This document shows positions 1-9,585 of a stretch of DNA of 64,000 nucleotides, piece by piece. A program made the translations under genes and the position numbers. The notes below the pieces were generated by a model. It was given only the letters and a program-made list of their open reading frames with translations, ran no database searches and was not told where the DNA came from. The stretch covers positions 1,696,001-1,760,000 of the forward strand of contig OY969724.1 in the NCBI GenBank assembly GCA_963702205.1, written 5' to 3'. Numbering within the stretch: position 1 is the stretch's first letter; every line of letters starts with the position of its first letter. The DNA is from an uncultured candidate division Zixibacteria bacterium. GTDB taxonomy: Bacteria; Zixibacteria; MSB-5A5; GN15; PGXB01.

Positions 1-1769
1 TACATGAAAATACCCGAGAAATATATGTGCAGGATAAATGTAACGCCGAGCATGCGGTATGGATCACCGATAAATTTCAATACCGAAAATGGGTAAAATA
101 TATTGCCACTGATAGCGTCAATGAACGGCAATCCACAATATATGTATGGATTCCAGACAGGGACTTTGGAATATTCACGGATACTGTTTAGCAAAAATGA
201 CTGGAAAAAGCCGCCGAATTGCATAGTATCCCCGCCATAGAGCATCCAATCGGTGAAAATGAACTTTCGGAATAAAATTATGATGCCGATTAGAATAAAG
301 CCGGCATACAAGATAAAAAAGTAGCGGGATTGTTCGATATTTTTCGGATTCAAAGCCCCCGCGAATTTTCCAAATTTCTCTGCAGCGGCCGATAGTATTT
401 TTTTGCACGGGTTTATCAGGGGCTTTACGAATCCGCCAATGTGAAATAGTACAAGACCCGTCAATATGGGCCACGCCATTTGGGCCGGGAAAAAAAGACG
501 CGATCCCTGCCATCTCGTAAAGCCGATCATGAGCGCATAATAAACAAAAACGAAACCGAGGACAATTAGTGGCTGGAAACGCCGAGTGGCGGCGAGGACC
601 ACCAGTCCAATCAAAGAGAAAATAAACACCGCATATTGCAGATTGTTATCGTTAATCCTGTGTTCCCAGCGAATCGTGGTCGGGTTGCTCTGTTGCAGTA
701 TCAGGCGGTGCATATAATCTATGGCCGTCAGGTTAGTCCAGACCAGATCAAAATACGTTTTTATCATTTCATAGGGATACCGTTTGAACGTCTGCCGGGC
801 TTTTTCAAGATTCATCCGGAAATAATCTTCCTGCGTGAATTCGGTCAAACCATGTTCTTTCTTGTAGCTTTTGATCCAGTCGCCGACTATTTCCGCCTGT
901 TTTCGATTTTCAAGCCTTTCCAGGGTGAACGAGGCGACATTGGCGGCGCCGCCGGAACTTGTGAAGGCGAGCGTCGGGATGTCATGAACGACGTAATTTC
1001 TGACGACCCATACGGAAACCAGGGCATAGGCAATCAGGGCGGTAGTCAGAGCCTTTGCGATCAACGATTTGAATTTGGTCCGGCGCGATTTGTCCGCCAG
1101 GATATTGTACAAAATCGCTATTATTGCGGCTGCGAGCGGCCAAAATTGTCCGATAGATCTCATCAAGGCGCTGACGCCGAAAATTATCCCGGCGGTGATG
1201 TAGAATTTCCATCGGCCACTTTGAAGTCCCCTGACAAACAAAATGAGCCCCCAAAGTGAAAGAAATAAATACACAGTATCGGACAAAATCGGGATACTCA
1301 GCATGATTGACGTCGGTGAAATGGCGACAATAAAAGCGGCGATAAGCCCCGTCGTTTTGGATTTAAAAAGCAGTTCAGCCAGACGGTAAATCAATACGAC
1401 ACTCAGGGACGATAATAAGACGTTGAATAATATAATCCCCAGAAGACTCTTTCCGAAAACGATGAGATTCAAAGCGAGATAGTATGCATAGCCGGGTCCG
1501 AAAGTGAAAAAGCCCTTTTCATACTGATCGGTCCCGTTGAGGACGTCCCTCGCCATATTCATGTACATGATCGAATCGGGCGAACATTCGTGTATTTTAA
1601 CGACGCCGATCTGTTCGATGCTTAGAATCAAAATGATTAGTCTTAAGATCAGCGCCAAGCTGAATATGAATAGAATTGCCCGGTGGTTTCTAAGGGCCTT
1701 ACTTATGTTGATTCCAAGAGACGGCAGCTTTGAACAAAGGCGTTGAATATAGTTCTTTTTTAATACCAT
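1..1769 (-). CDS. GT-C (ArnT/PMT-like) membrane glycosyltransferase fused to a second YfhO-like membrane domain; 3' end runs off the window
   Basis: Translated by hand. ATG at 1769 opens a stop-free frame of 589 codons to position 1 (absent from the ORF track because it has no stop). It shares SPDS.xY, FGPGY, AISP, ILS(D/E)T and QG.R..PA with 1903..3156, then continues into a 'VPVWNPYIYCGLPF' segment. Confidence 0.8.
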   Translation of the reverse strand, partial: MVLKKNYIQRLCSKLPSLGINISKALRNHRAILFIFSLALILRLIILILSIEQIGVVKIHECSPDSIMYMNMARDVLNGTDQYEKGFFTFGPGYAYYLALNLIVFGKSLLGIILFNVLLSSLSVVLIYRLAELLFKSKTTGLIAAFIVAISPTSIMLSIPILSDTVYLFLSLWGLILFVRGLQSGRWKFYITAGIIFGVSALMRSIGQFWPLAAAIIAILYNILADKSRRTKFKSLIAKALTTALIAYALVSVWVVRNYVVHDIPTLAFTSSGGAANVASFTLERLENRKQAEIVGDWIKSYKKEHGLTEFTQEDYFRMNLEKARQTFKRYPYEMIKTYFDLVWTNLTAIDYMHRLILQQSNPTTIRWEHRINDNNLQYAVFIFSLIGLVVLAATRRFQPLIVLGFVFVYYALMIGFTRWQGSRLFFPAQMAWPILTGLVLFHIGGFVKPLINPCKKILSAAAEKFGKFAGALNPKNIEQSRYFFILYAGFILIGIIILFRKFIFTDWMLYGGDTMQFGGFFQSFLLNSIREYSKVPVWNPYIYCGLPFIDAISGNIFYPFSVLKFIGDPYRMLGVTFILHIYFSGIFM

Positions 1770-1902
1770 TAAATTAACGTCCCTCGATCGTCAATTCGGG
1801 AAAACCTTCAAGATCTCCATCAGGTCTGAAATTATAAAATTTACGATTCGATCACAATATTTATTAAATGCATTCGTCCGGGAAAATTAATATAATCATG
1901 AC

Positions 1903-3156
1903 ATGAAGCAAGTATTACCGTCGGGAATCAACTTCCGACTACTCGGATATATTTTCATGGCGGCACTGATTCTCAGATTGCTGTTTTTGATATATTTGGG
2001 GCACGGAGAAGTCGGGGGAATTGCCGCGTCGCTATCGCCGGATTCGGCCAACTATATTCATGCCGCCGATCAAATAAGGAACGATTTTGATCTGGATACA
2101 AAGGGTGTCATCATATTCGGGCCGGGCTATCCCGCGTTTCTGGCTCTGGCCGGTGATATTTTTGGCTCGGGTGCGGTTGCGCTGACAATTGCTCAGACAT
2201 TTTTCGGGGCCGGGGTGTCGGTTTTATTGGTGATCTTTATTTTCCTGCTATGGCGGCGGCCAGATGTCGCTATTGTCGGCGGTGTCTTGAATGCAATATC
2301 TCCCTCCGCGATCAGATTGTCCGGTTCAATATTATCGGAGACGATATTTATTTTCGCTCTGTTACTCGGTTTGATATTAATTTTAAAGGGTCTGGAAAAA
2401 GATAATTTGACCTTATTTATGGCTTCGGGATTTGTTTTGTCGTACGCGGCCTTTTGCAGAGGGGTCATGCAATATTTCCCATTGTTGCTGGTTTTGTATC
2501 TGGTCTTTGAAAGACCAAATGTGGGGAAAATGACTCGATCTGTTTCAAAATCTGTCGGTCTGCGACCGTTTGTAGCCATAGCCATTCTTTTATTCGGGAT
2601 CGTAGGGTGGACAATACACAATCAGCAAACTTATGGTTTCGGATACCTTTCATTTGCCGGGCCGACCACGCTGTATAGAACGACCGCTCAGATAAACGCC
2701 AGGGCTCAAGGGATAAGCTATCGGGAAGGCCTGGACCAAATGAACCAAAAGCTTATGGCCCGTCCGGATTACAAGTCCGAGTATTATCGCGCATATTATG
2801 AATTCGTAAAAAACGAATTTCCGAAAGCCGTCCTAAATCACCCCCTGACAACGGCCAAACTTGTTGCTGCTGGTTTGATACGACCGATACCATTCATTAA
2901 GGCGATTCCGATCCTTGCGATAGGTGTTTGGGGGATGCTGTTAATTTGGCGTCGGAAGGAATACGCCGGCCTTTTCCTGTTGCTGGCTTTGGCAGCATAC
3001 TTTTTTGCCGCATCCCGCTTCATCCTGTCCCAGGGTTACCGGGCAGACTATCCGGCTGAAGTCTTCTGGACCGCCTTTGTCGCCCGGGGGGTTATCGACA
3101 TATTCGCGCGCATCAGGGAACGTTTCATGGCTCTGAAATATTGGCCCGTTGTCTGA
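1903..3156 (+). CDS. GT-C/ArnT-like (glycosyltransferase family 39-type) integral membrane protein
   Basis: 417 aa with many TM segments and an N-terminal loop PDSANY...PGYP typical of lipid-linked-sugar transferases. TATAAT at 1891-1896 lies 6 nt before the ATG with no SD, so it may be leaderless. Confidence 0.8.
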   Translation: MKQVLPSGINFRLLGYIFMAALILRLLFLIYLGHGEVGGIAASLSPDSANYIHAADQIRNDFDLDTKGVIIFGPGYPAFLALAGDIFGSGAVALTIAQTFFGAGVSVLLVIFIFLLWRRPDVAIVGGVLNAISPSAIRLSGSILSETIFIFALLLGLILILKGLEKDNLTLFMASGFVLSYAAFCRGVMQYFPLLLVLYLVFERPNVGKMTRSVSKSVGLRPFVAIAILLFGIVGWTIHNQQTYGFGYLSFAGPTTLYRTTAQINARAQGISYREGLDQMNQKLMARPDYKSEYYRAYYEFVKNEFPKAVLNHPLTTAKLVAAGLIRPIPFIKAIPILAIGVWGMLLIWRRKEYAGLFLLLALAAYFFAASRFILSQGYRADYPAEVFWTAFVARGVIDIFARIRERFMALKYWPVV

Positions 3157-3192
3157 TTATCCGCAAACCGATATTCTCCTTATAAAAAACTA

Positions 3193-3220
3193 TTGCCGAG
3201 GGGCGATTTATTTATATATT
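3193..3220 (+). promoter_or_regulatory. sigma70-type promoter for tRNA-Leu
   Basis: TTGCCG-16nt-TATATT just upstream of the tRNA. Confidence 0.5.
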
Positions 3221-3237
3221 AAAGCCGCTTTATAAAT

Positions 3238-3321
3238 GCCGAAGTGGTGGAATTGGTAGACACGCTGTGTTCAGGGCGCAGTGCTCGAATGGGCATGGGG
3301 GTTCAAATCCCCCCTTCGGCA
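3238..3321 (+). tRNA. tRNA-Leu(CAG)
   Basis: GCCGAAG/CTTCGGC acceptor stem, D-loop GGAATTGGTAGAC, anticodon arm CTGTG-TTCAGGG-CGCAG, long variable arm, GGTTCAAATCC T-arm; CCA is not encoded. Confidence 0.95.
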
Positions 3322-3435
3322 TTAATTGCAGTCGCAAAAGCCGAAACTCCCAGCCTAAATTTGGTCAGTATGTCGGGCGAATTATTTTTAAAGTTGATCA
3401 ATCTGTTCGAGACGGATAGAATATTATCCAGTAAT

Positions 3436-3537
3436 CCCGACATAGAATGTCGGGCTACCAGCCCAAATGGATTACTTGCTTGAGATGGATTATGACAGCG
3501 TTATACAACGTAGCACACCCTAAAAGGGTGTGTTACC
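3436..3537. repeat. REP-A palindrome (3436-3459) plus right half of a REPIN ending in REP-B (3470-3537)
   Basis: CCCGACATAGAATGTCGGGCTACC matches 35288-35311. GATTACTTGCTTGAGATGGATTATG and CACACCCTAAAAGGGTGTGTTACC match 35634-35821. Confidence 0.8.
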
Positions 3538-3883
3538 AGTTTTATATAACATTGGTATAAAGGCTATAATTATATTGAGGCGGAATGTATATTGTATAAA
3601 GGCTAAACAACGATATGAAACAAGCTTCCGGTATAAAGTGTGACAAATGCAATAAAATGATATTAATCCGCTATCTTGAAGCCGGGGATAGGATTAAATG
3701 TCCCCATTGCGGTTATCATATGACGATTCCCCCGGAATTCAAACCAGTCAAAAAGGAAATTGAGCCCAATTATTCTTCTCCTGGGTCGTGGAAACCGCCG
3801 GCATATAAGGAAAAGAAACCAGGAAATTCGCGGCGGAACGGACCCTTGAGCAGAGAAGAACAGCAGGCTATCTATGATAAATA

Positions 3884-5201
3884 GGGAGTGTACGGAATTT
3901 TGTGTAAGCGGCCGGTTCATGTGTTTTCGATCCTTCCCTCGAAGACGATGCAGAAGTGATTAAGGGCCGCCACCCAGTCCTTGATCGGACGCTTCCATTT
4001 TTTCGAGATTCTTTGTATCGCCAGGTAGATCACCTTTCTGACTGATTCCACCGTCGGGAACGAGCCGCGATTCCGCGTCACCTTGCGCAACTGAGCATTC
4101 ATCGACTCGATGGCGTTGGTCGTATAGATAACCTTTCGAATCTCTTTGGGGTAGCTAAAAAACGGGATGATGTTCATCCAGCAGGACCGCCATGAGCGGG
4201 CGATCTGCGGGAAACGGTCCCGGTATGTGGCCTCGAACGCCGTCAGGGCCTGCTCGGCGGCTTCTTCGTTGGGCGCCGAGTAGATCGTCTTGAGATCGGC
4301 CGCGACCGCCTTGCGCTCTTTCCAACCGACATACTTCAGCGAGTTGCGCACCATGTGCACGAGACATAACTGCACCTGGGTCTGCGGAAAGGCCGTCTCA
4401 ATCGCATCAGGGAACCCCGTCAGACCATCGACACAGGCAATCAGGATGTCCCGAACGCCCCGGTTCTTAAGCTCCGTCAGCACCGACAGCCAGAACTTCG
4501 AACCCTCCTGATCGCCGACCCACAAACCCAAGAGTTCCTTGTAACCCTCCGGCGTGATCCCCAAGGCCAAATAGACCGCCTGGTTTTTGACCTGGCCGCT
4601 CTGACGAAGCTTCAGGTGGATGGCGTCCAGATAGACGATCGGGTAGACCGCCTCCAGCGGCCGACTCTGCCACACCGTCACCTCCTGAAGCACGGCGTCC
4701 GTCACCGCCGAAATCAAGGCCGGGGAAACCTCCGACTGGTACATCTCCTCAAGATGACCCTGGATATCCCGCGTCGTCAAACCCCGAGCGTACAGCGCCA
4801 ACACCTTGTCGTCGAAACCGGGCAGGCGCCGCTGGTGCTTTTTAACCAACTGCGGCTCGAACTCGCCGTTCCGGTCCCGCGGAATCTCCAGCGTAACATC
4901 TGCCGACCCGGTCTTGACCGTCTTGCTGGTTTTGCCGTTGCGAGAGTTGCCGCTGTTTTTGCCTTCGGGAGCATTGGGCGGATAGCCCAAGTGATGCGTC
5001 ATCTCACCTGCGAGGGCGCGCTCATACACCCGTTTCGTGAGCGCCTGCAGAAGACCGCCCTCACCCACTATCTCTTCCGGCGTCTTGCCGGCGATCATCT
5101 CGTCGATCAGTTTGTCAGCTTCGTCACGTTTCTTGGCCATGATATACCTCCTTCAACTATATATACGTCATGGCCACTTACACAAAAATATTTACACGCG
5201 C
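3884..5201 (-). mobile_element. IS256-family insertion sequence, 1318 bp
   Basis: 8-bp target duplication GATAAATA (3876-3883, 5202-5209) and imperfect 30-bp terminal inverted repeats (23/30 identical). Confidence 0.95.
3917..5140 (-). CDS. IS256-family DDE transposase
   Basis: 407 aa with NSRNG, IPRDRNGEFEP, YLDAI, DGLTG, QLCLVH and YTTNAIES motifs. Confidence 0.97.
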   Translation of the reverse strand: MAKKRDEADKLIDEMIAGKTPEEIVGEGGLLQALTKRVYERALAGEMTHHLGYPPNAPEGKNSGNSRNGKTSKTVKTGSADVTLEIPRDRNGEFEPQLVKKHQRRLPGFDDKVLALYARGLTTRDIQGHLEEMYQSEVSPALISAVTDAVLQEVTVWQSRPLEAVYPIVYLDAIHLKLRQSGQVKNQAVYLALGITPEGYKELLGLWVGDQEGSKFWLSVLTELKNRGVRDILIACVDGLTGFPDAIETAFPQTQVQLCLVHMVRNSLKYVGWKERKAVAADLKTIYSAPNEEAAEQALTAFEATYRDRFPQIARSWRSCWMNIIPFFSYPKEIRKVIYTTNAIESMNAQLRKVTRNRGSFPTVESVRKVIYLAIQRISKKWKRPIKDWVAALNHFCIVFEGRIENT

Positions 5202-5616
5202 GATAAATATTGGCCCATAGTGATTTCCCTTTTAACATATTTCCTAATAATCGCGTATTTGGCTTTCAGGAATCAATTCGAAGGAATGCCTCCATTTATG
5301 CATGCTTTTATATCCTCATATATTTTTCAGCTTTATTTATTGCAATTACTTGGCTTTGGAGCATTCTTTTTGGCAATCATAGTCGGGATTATTGCGTCCC
5401 TTGAAATATCCGAGAAATGGTGGTGGGCCTTTTTGCCAAATTATAAATACATTTTATTTAGAGCAAGATACCTAAAGCCCTTTTTAATATTATTAATGGT
5501 AATTATAATCACTGAAGGTATGATATTTATTTATAAGGTTGTTTCTTAATTTTGTTAAAATAATGTATTGGTGCAATTGAAAACTCTATCAGGGCTACAC
5601 GGCACCCTACTTATAA

Positions 5617-5970
5617 TTGCCGGAAAAGGAAATGTCAACTATTGATCAAAAGGAATACAAGATAAAACTAATTGGCCTCGCAGGGTTCTATGCCTTCGGG
5701 TATATTAGTATTTTCGTTTTCGTAAAGTACTTAATTAATGTAAATCTTATATATGCATATGTAACCCCTTGGCTGTTTTTGACCATTCCCATTTGTGGAT
5801 TTATCATAATCATGGTATGGAAACTGTTTGACATCTCCAATGTTTATCGCAAAGCCGCCATGATATTATTCGTATTATCCGTTATGACATTCAGCATTAT
5901 ATTTTACACACAGATCAATAATGTGTATCCAACTTTTAGAAAATTGCGAAATGTCATTAACAATGAATAG
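5617..5970 (+). CDS. Small AT-rich 3-TM membrane protein, hypothetical (start may be the ATG at 5632)
   Basis: Three hydrophobic stretches; islet cargo. Confidence 0.55.
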   Translation: MPEKEMSTIDQKEYKIKLIGLAGFYAFGYISIFVFVKYLINVNLIYAYVTPWLFLTIPICGFIIIMVWKLFDISNVYRKAAMILFVLSVMTFSIIFYTQINNVYPTFRKLRNVINNE

Positions 5971-6002
5971 GTAATATTTTCAGTCTATATTATTCACAAA
6001 TA

Positions 6003-6083
6003 TTCTAACGGATTTCTAACGGTTTCACTTGATTCTACTTAACGGAAGTTAACGGAACTCAACGCAACTTGACGCTGCTTAAC
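6003..6083. repeat. Tandem 10-11 bp repeats beside the att copy (putative integrase-arm/excisionase sites)
   Basis: TTCTAACGG twice (6003, 6014), then TTAACGGAAG, TTAACGGAAC, TCAACGCAAC, TTGACGCTGC at a 10-bp period. Confidence 0.6.
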
Positions 6084-6230
6084 TATTGAATTTTCAGCCA
6101 ATTAAGGTTATTTTGAAGCTGCTTAATAGGTTGCGAAGGTTGGGGCCTCGCGAATCCCCCCTTCGGCATTTTTTCATGAAGTAATATACCAGGATAATTT
6201 AAAAAATGGTTTCACGAAGCAGCTTTTGCT

Positions 6231-7601
6231 CTATTCGCTGATGCCGTATTCCTGCATTTTGGAATAGAGAAGTCTTCGATTGATTTTCAACAGCTTGGCC
6301 GCCTGGGTGCGGTTCCAGTCGGATTTTTTTAGAGCGTACAGGATCAAATCGCGCTCGATGGTTGCCACGATTTCTCTTAAGGCGTGGCCGTTTTTCAACT
6401 GGTCCTCCAACGCGAGATGCATTCGCTCGCTTTTGGTCGGCATGGGGAAATCATCGAATGTCATGATATTTTCGCGGGACATAACGATTGCACTTTGAAT
6501 TGAATTCTCCAGTTCACGCACATTTCCCGGCCAGGAATAGAGCTGCAGTTTTTCCATTTCGTGGTACGGGACCAAAAGTCTTCGATCCGGGCAATATTTC
6601 TGGACAAAGTGACGCACCAAAAGCGGGATATCCTCGGTTCTATCGGCCAGAGGCGGAATATTGATACGTACGACGTTCAATCGGTAAAACAGATCCTCCC
6701 GAAACCGGCCTTCATGGACTTCCTGCTCGATCTCGCTGTTGGTGGCGGCGATCACGCGCACGTCGATACGAATCGGGTCTTCTCCTCCGACCCGGTAAAA
6801 GGTCTGGTGCTGCAAAACTCTTAAGAGCCGAACCTGTACGGAAAGCGGCATGGTGTCTATTTCATCGAGGAAAATAGTCCCACCGTCGGCCAGTTCAAAC
6901 CGGCCCTGTCTCTGTGAGATGGCACCCGTGAAGGAACCTTTCTCGTGTCCGAAAATCTCGCTTTCGAGAACGCTCTCGGAGAAAGCCCCGCAGTTGACCT
7001 TAATATACGGTTTATCGCTGCGGGACGAATGTCTCTGGACGGCGTCGGCGATAAGTTCCTTGCCGGTTCCGCTTTCGCCGTGAATCAATACAGTCGTGTT
7101 GGTCGGGGCGACGCGGCCGACCAGCTTGAATATTTCGCGCATCTGGGGGCTGTTGCCGATGATCTGGACGTTGTCCTGCGACGGAAACGATGAAACCCGG
7201 TGCCTCAGAGCTTTGACTTCACCGAGCAATTCAGAAAATTTGAGGGCCCGCTCGACAATAAGCATAAATTCATCGAGTTCGAAAGGCTTTTCGATATAAT
7301 CGTACGCCCCGGATTTAATCGCCAGTATGGCTCGTTCGCTGGTCCCATAAGCGGTGAAGACTATAATCGGTATGTCCGGCTGCTCGTGCTTTATGGCCGT
7401 CATTGCCTGAATACCGTCGGTTTTGGGAAGGTTTATATCCATAAGGATCAGATCGGGCTGCATTCTCTGGGCTTCGGCGATGGCCGCCTCTCCGTCACCG
7501 GCTTCTATCAGGCGATAGCCCCGGGGGGAAAGCAGGTCGATAATATTTTTGCGCATGAAGGCTTCATCGTCCACAATCAATATGCACTTGCTTTTGGTCA
7601 T
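6231..7601 (-). CDS. Sigma54-dependent response regulator (NtrC/AtoC family; REC-AAA-Fis HTH)
   Basis: REC VDDE..D..K, GESGTGKE, GSFTGA, FLDEID, WPGNVREL and NRTQAAKLL. Confidence 0.97.
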   Translation of the reverse strand: MTKSKCILIVDDEAFMRKNIIDLLSPRGYRLIEAGDGEAAIAEAQRMQPDLILMDINLPKTDGIQAMTAIKHEQPDIPIIVFTAYGTSERAILAIKSGAYDYIEKPFELDEFMLIVERALKFSELLGEVKALRHRVSSFPSQDNVQIIGNSPQMREIFKLVGRVAPTNTTVLIHGESGTGKELIADAVQRHSSRSDKPYIKVNCGAFSESVLESEIFGHEKGSFTGAISQRQGRFELADGGTIFLDEIDTMPLSVQVRLLRVLQHQTFYRVGGEDPIRIDVRVIAATNSEIEQEVHEGRFREDLFYRLNVVRINIPPLADRTEDIPLLVRHFVQKYCPDRRLLVPYHEMEKLQLYSWPGNVRELENSIQSAIVMSRENIMTFDDFPMPTKSERMHLALEDQLKNGHALREIVATIERDLILYALKKSDWNRTQAAKLLKINRRLLYSKMQEYGISE

Positions 7602-9250
7602 GTGCTTGCGCTCTTTTCGGTATCAAGGCACGGCAGTTCAACCACGCATATCGTCCCCTGCGGCGAGTTCGGCCGAAAGGCTATGGTCCCGCCGTGAGCG
7701 GTAATAATTTCATACGATATTGAGAGGCCCAGCCCGAAACCTCGTTCTTTGGTCGTGAAAAACGGGTCGAATATTCTGGACCGAATGCTGTCGGGAATGC
7801 CGGCCCCGGTGTCTTTAAATTCGATACGAATCAACTGACGGGTTTTGTCATACTGCGTAGAAATATCGATCGAACCTTCACTATCCATCGATTGAATGGA
7901 ATTTAGAATAATATTGATAAAGACCTGTTCGAGGGCATTGGGGTCGGCGGGAAGCGGCGGCATGGTTTCATCGAAAGAAGTCACGATTTTGATGTCGCTG
8001 TGTCCGTTCCGGTTTTCGACAAGCTGTATGGTATGACGAACCAGCCCGTTGAGATCGGTGGGCCGGAGTTTTTCCGACTTCGGTTTGCTGAAATACAACA
8101 GCCGCTTCATGAGGTCGGACAGACGGTCGATTTCGCTGATAACCAGCTTCATGGATTTTTCCGAGACAAGATAGTGGGGCCCCTCACCCTCGATCGGCTT
8201 TTTACCGTTGCGGCCGTCCTGCTGCCATATCTGGACTCTCGTCTTGATAACGGCCAAAGGCGTTTTGACTTCGTGAGCGACGCCGGCCAGCAAAATACCC
8301 AACGAGGCCATCTTTTCTTTGCGGTTTAGTTCGCGCTCCAGTTGTTCACGGTGGCCCTGACCCATCCGCAGCGCCTTCAGCATTGAATTGATGGATCTTC
8401 CGATATGTCCCAGCGAGCCTCCGAAAACCGTAACGTCGTGCTGAGCGCCTGTTTTTACGATTTCGAGATCGCTGTGGATTCTCATGATTTTGCGCCGCTG
8501 GGCGACCGAAAGAAAGACGGCGATAATAAAACCCATCAGTGAAATGACGGCCCCGACGTTGGCGACCTGGCGTATTTTAAGTGTCGGCAGTTCACGCTCT
8601 ATGTGAATTCTGGCCCAGGTGGCACCGATAACGGTACCATCGTACATTATTGGTTCAGTTGCCAGAGGGAATACGGCCGGATCGAATTGATGGAGCTCTG
8701 TTTCGGAACGGGCGGTTTCAATGGTCTTCAACGCTTGTGCTCTTATAATGTTATATGAACGCGGGGGAGGGCCGTAGACAGGTTTCGGTGGCGGTGAAGT
8801 CGGGAAAGCGTATCCATAGAAATCATCGAGTCTCTTGAAGAAGAAGCCGCCTTCCATGCCGTCGACGTTGGCAAACGCGGTTTCTGATATTTCCTTCAGA
8901 CTGGAATCCATTTTTTCTATTTCATCGACGGTAAGATTTCTTCTCACAAAAAACGAATCGACGGCCAGACTGTCGATAGTCGATTCGGCCGATTCATAAA
9001 GCTGGCGGCAGATGACTTTTGTAAGGGTTTTGTTTGTCTGGACGACTTCCTGCTTCCATTTGTCCACGGAGGCATAGACCAGAAAAGAAATGACAGCAAC
9101 TATGATTGCAAAAATAGTCGCAAACAGTATTGCCCGGGCATGAATTTTCAAAAATTCGAGCTTCAGGGCTTTGCTGTCGGGATTATCGTCTTTATTTCGA
9201 GACGAGTTATTGCCCATTTCGAAAATGTTGTTCTTGTTTTCTTCGCTCAT
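7598..9250 (-). CDS. Membrane sensor histidine kinase
   Basis: Two TM segments flanking a periplasmic domain; H-box AHEVKTPL, N-box, DTGAGI, FDPFFTTK, GFGLGL; overlaps the regulator by 4 bp. Confidence 0.95.
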   Translation of the reverse strand: MSEENKNNIFEMGNNSSRNKDDNPDSKALKLEFLKIHARAILFATIFAIIVAVISFLVYASVDKWKQEVVQTNKTLTKVICRQLYESAESTIDSLAVDSFFVRRNLTVDEIEKMDSSLKEISETAFANVDGMEGGFFFKRLDDFYGYAFPTSPPPKPVYGPPPRSYNIIRAQALKTIETARSETELHQFDPAVFPLATEPIMYDGTVIGATWARIHIERELPTLKIRQVANVGAVISLMGFIIAVFLSVAQRRKIMRIHSDLEIVKTGAQHDVTVFGGSLGHIGRSINSMLKALRMGQGHREQLERELNRKEKMASLGILLAGVAHEVKTPLAVIKTRVQIWQQDGRNGKKPIEGEGPHYLVSEKSMKLVISEIDRLSDLMKRLLYFSKPKSEKLRPTDLNGLVRHTIQLVENRNGHSDIKIVTSFDETMPPLPADPNALEQVFINIILNSIQSMDSEGSIDISTQYDKTRQLIRIEFKDTGAGIPDSIRSRIFDPFFTTKERGFGLGLSISYEIITAHGGTIAFRPNSPQGTICVVELPCLDTEKSAST

Positions 9251-9352
9251 TTTATACCACGGGCTTTATTATATCAAAATCCGTACCCGTCTTATATTAT
9301 CGACCTCACGTCGGGGATTCAAGGTAATATAGCTTTCAACCGGGCTGAATGC

Positions 9353-9457
9353 GCCCAATAAAATGGGCTTTTTTATCCCAATTCGTCCAGAAAATACCCT
9401 GAATTAACATAAAAAGCAACGATTTAGAGGGCATAATCGGGTTGGCATGACATTTGT
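9353..9457 (+). promoter_or_regulatory. Putative sigma54 promoter (9443-9457) with upstream activator palindrome (9353-9368)
   Basis: TGGCATG-N4-TTGT versus consensus TGGCACG-N4-TTGC; GCCCA-N6-TGGGC about 80 bp upstream; the enhancer-binding regulator is adjacent. Confidence 0.55.
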
Positions 9458-9585
9458 ATTTATTATATTTGCTGGACTTTTTATAAAAGTCGGCCGGTAG
9501 CAAAAACGCCTTAAAAGGCCTTAATAAATAGGATTTTGCAGGACAGCTTTGGTAATCTTAAACCAAAAGAGAAGGTGGGAAGACA

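Larger units (their letters stand above)
3615..5549 (+). pseudogene. Zinc-ribbon (CxxC...CxxC) membrane protein split by IS256
   Basis: Removing 3884-5209 rejoins ...QAIY-DKY-WPIVISLL... in frame, giving a 202-aa ORF with an N-terminal Zn ribbon and C-terminal TM helices. Confidence 0.85.
3306..6170. mobile_element. tRNA-Leu-integrated genomic islet remnant, no integrase
   Basis: Identical 18-bp AATCCCCCCTTCGGCATT at 3306-3323 (tRNA 3' end) and 6153-6170, enclosing AT-rich cargo. Confidence 0.8.

Noticed and set aside
175..1746. Short ORFs 175..513, 636..1259, 982..1254 and 1537..1746
   Set aside because: They are shadows of the continuous minus-strand CDS 1769..<1
3244..3483. 79-aa ORF in the track
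   Set aside because: It overlaps tRNA-Leu and a REP, so it is spurious
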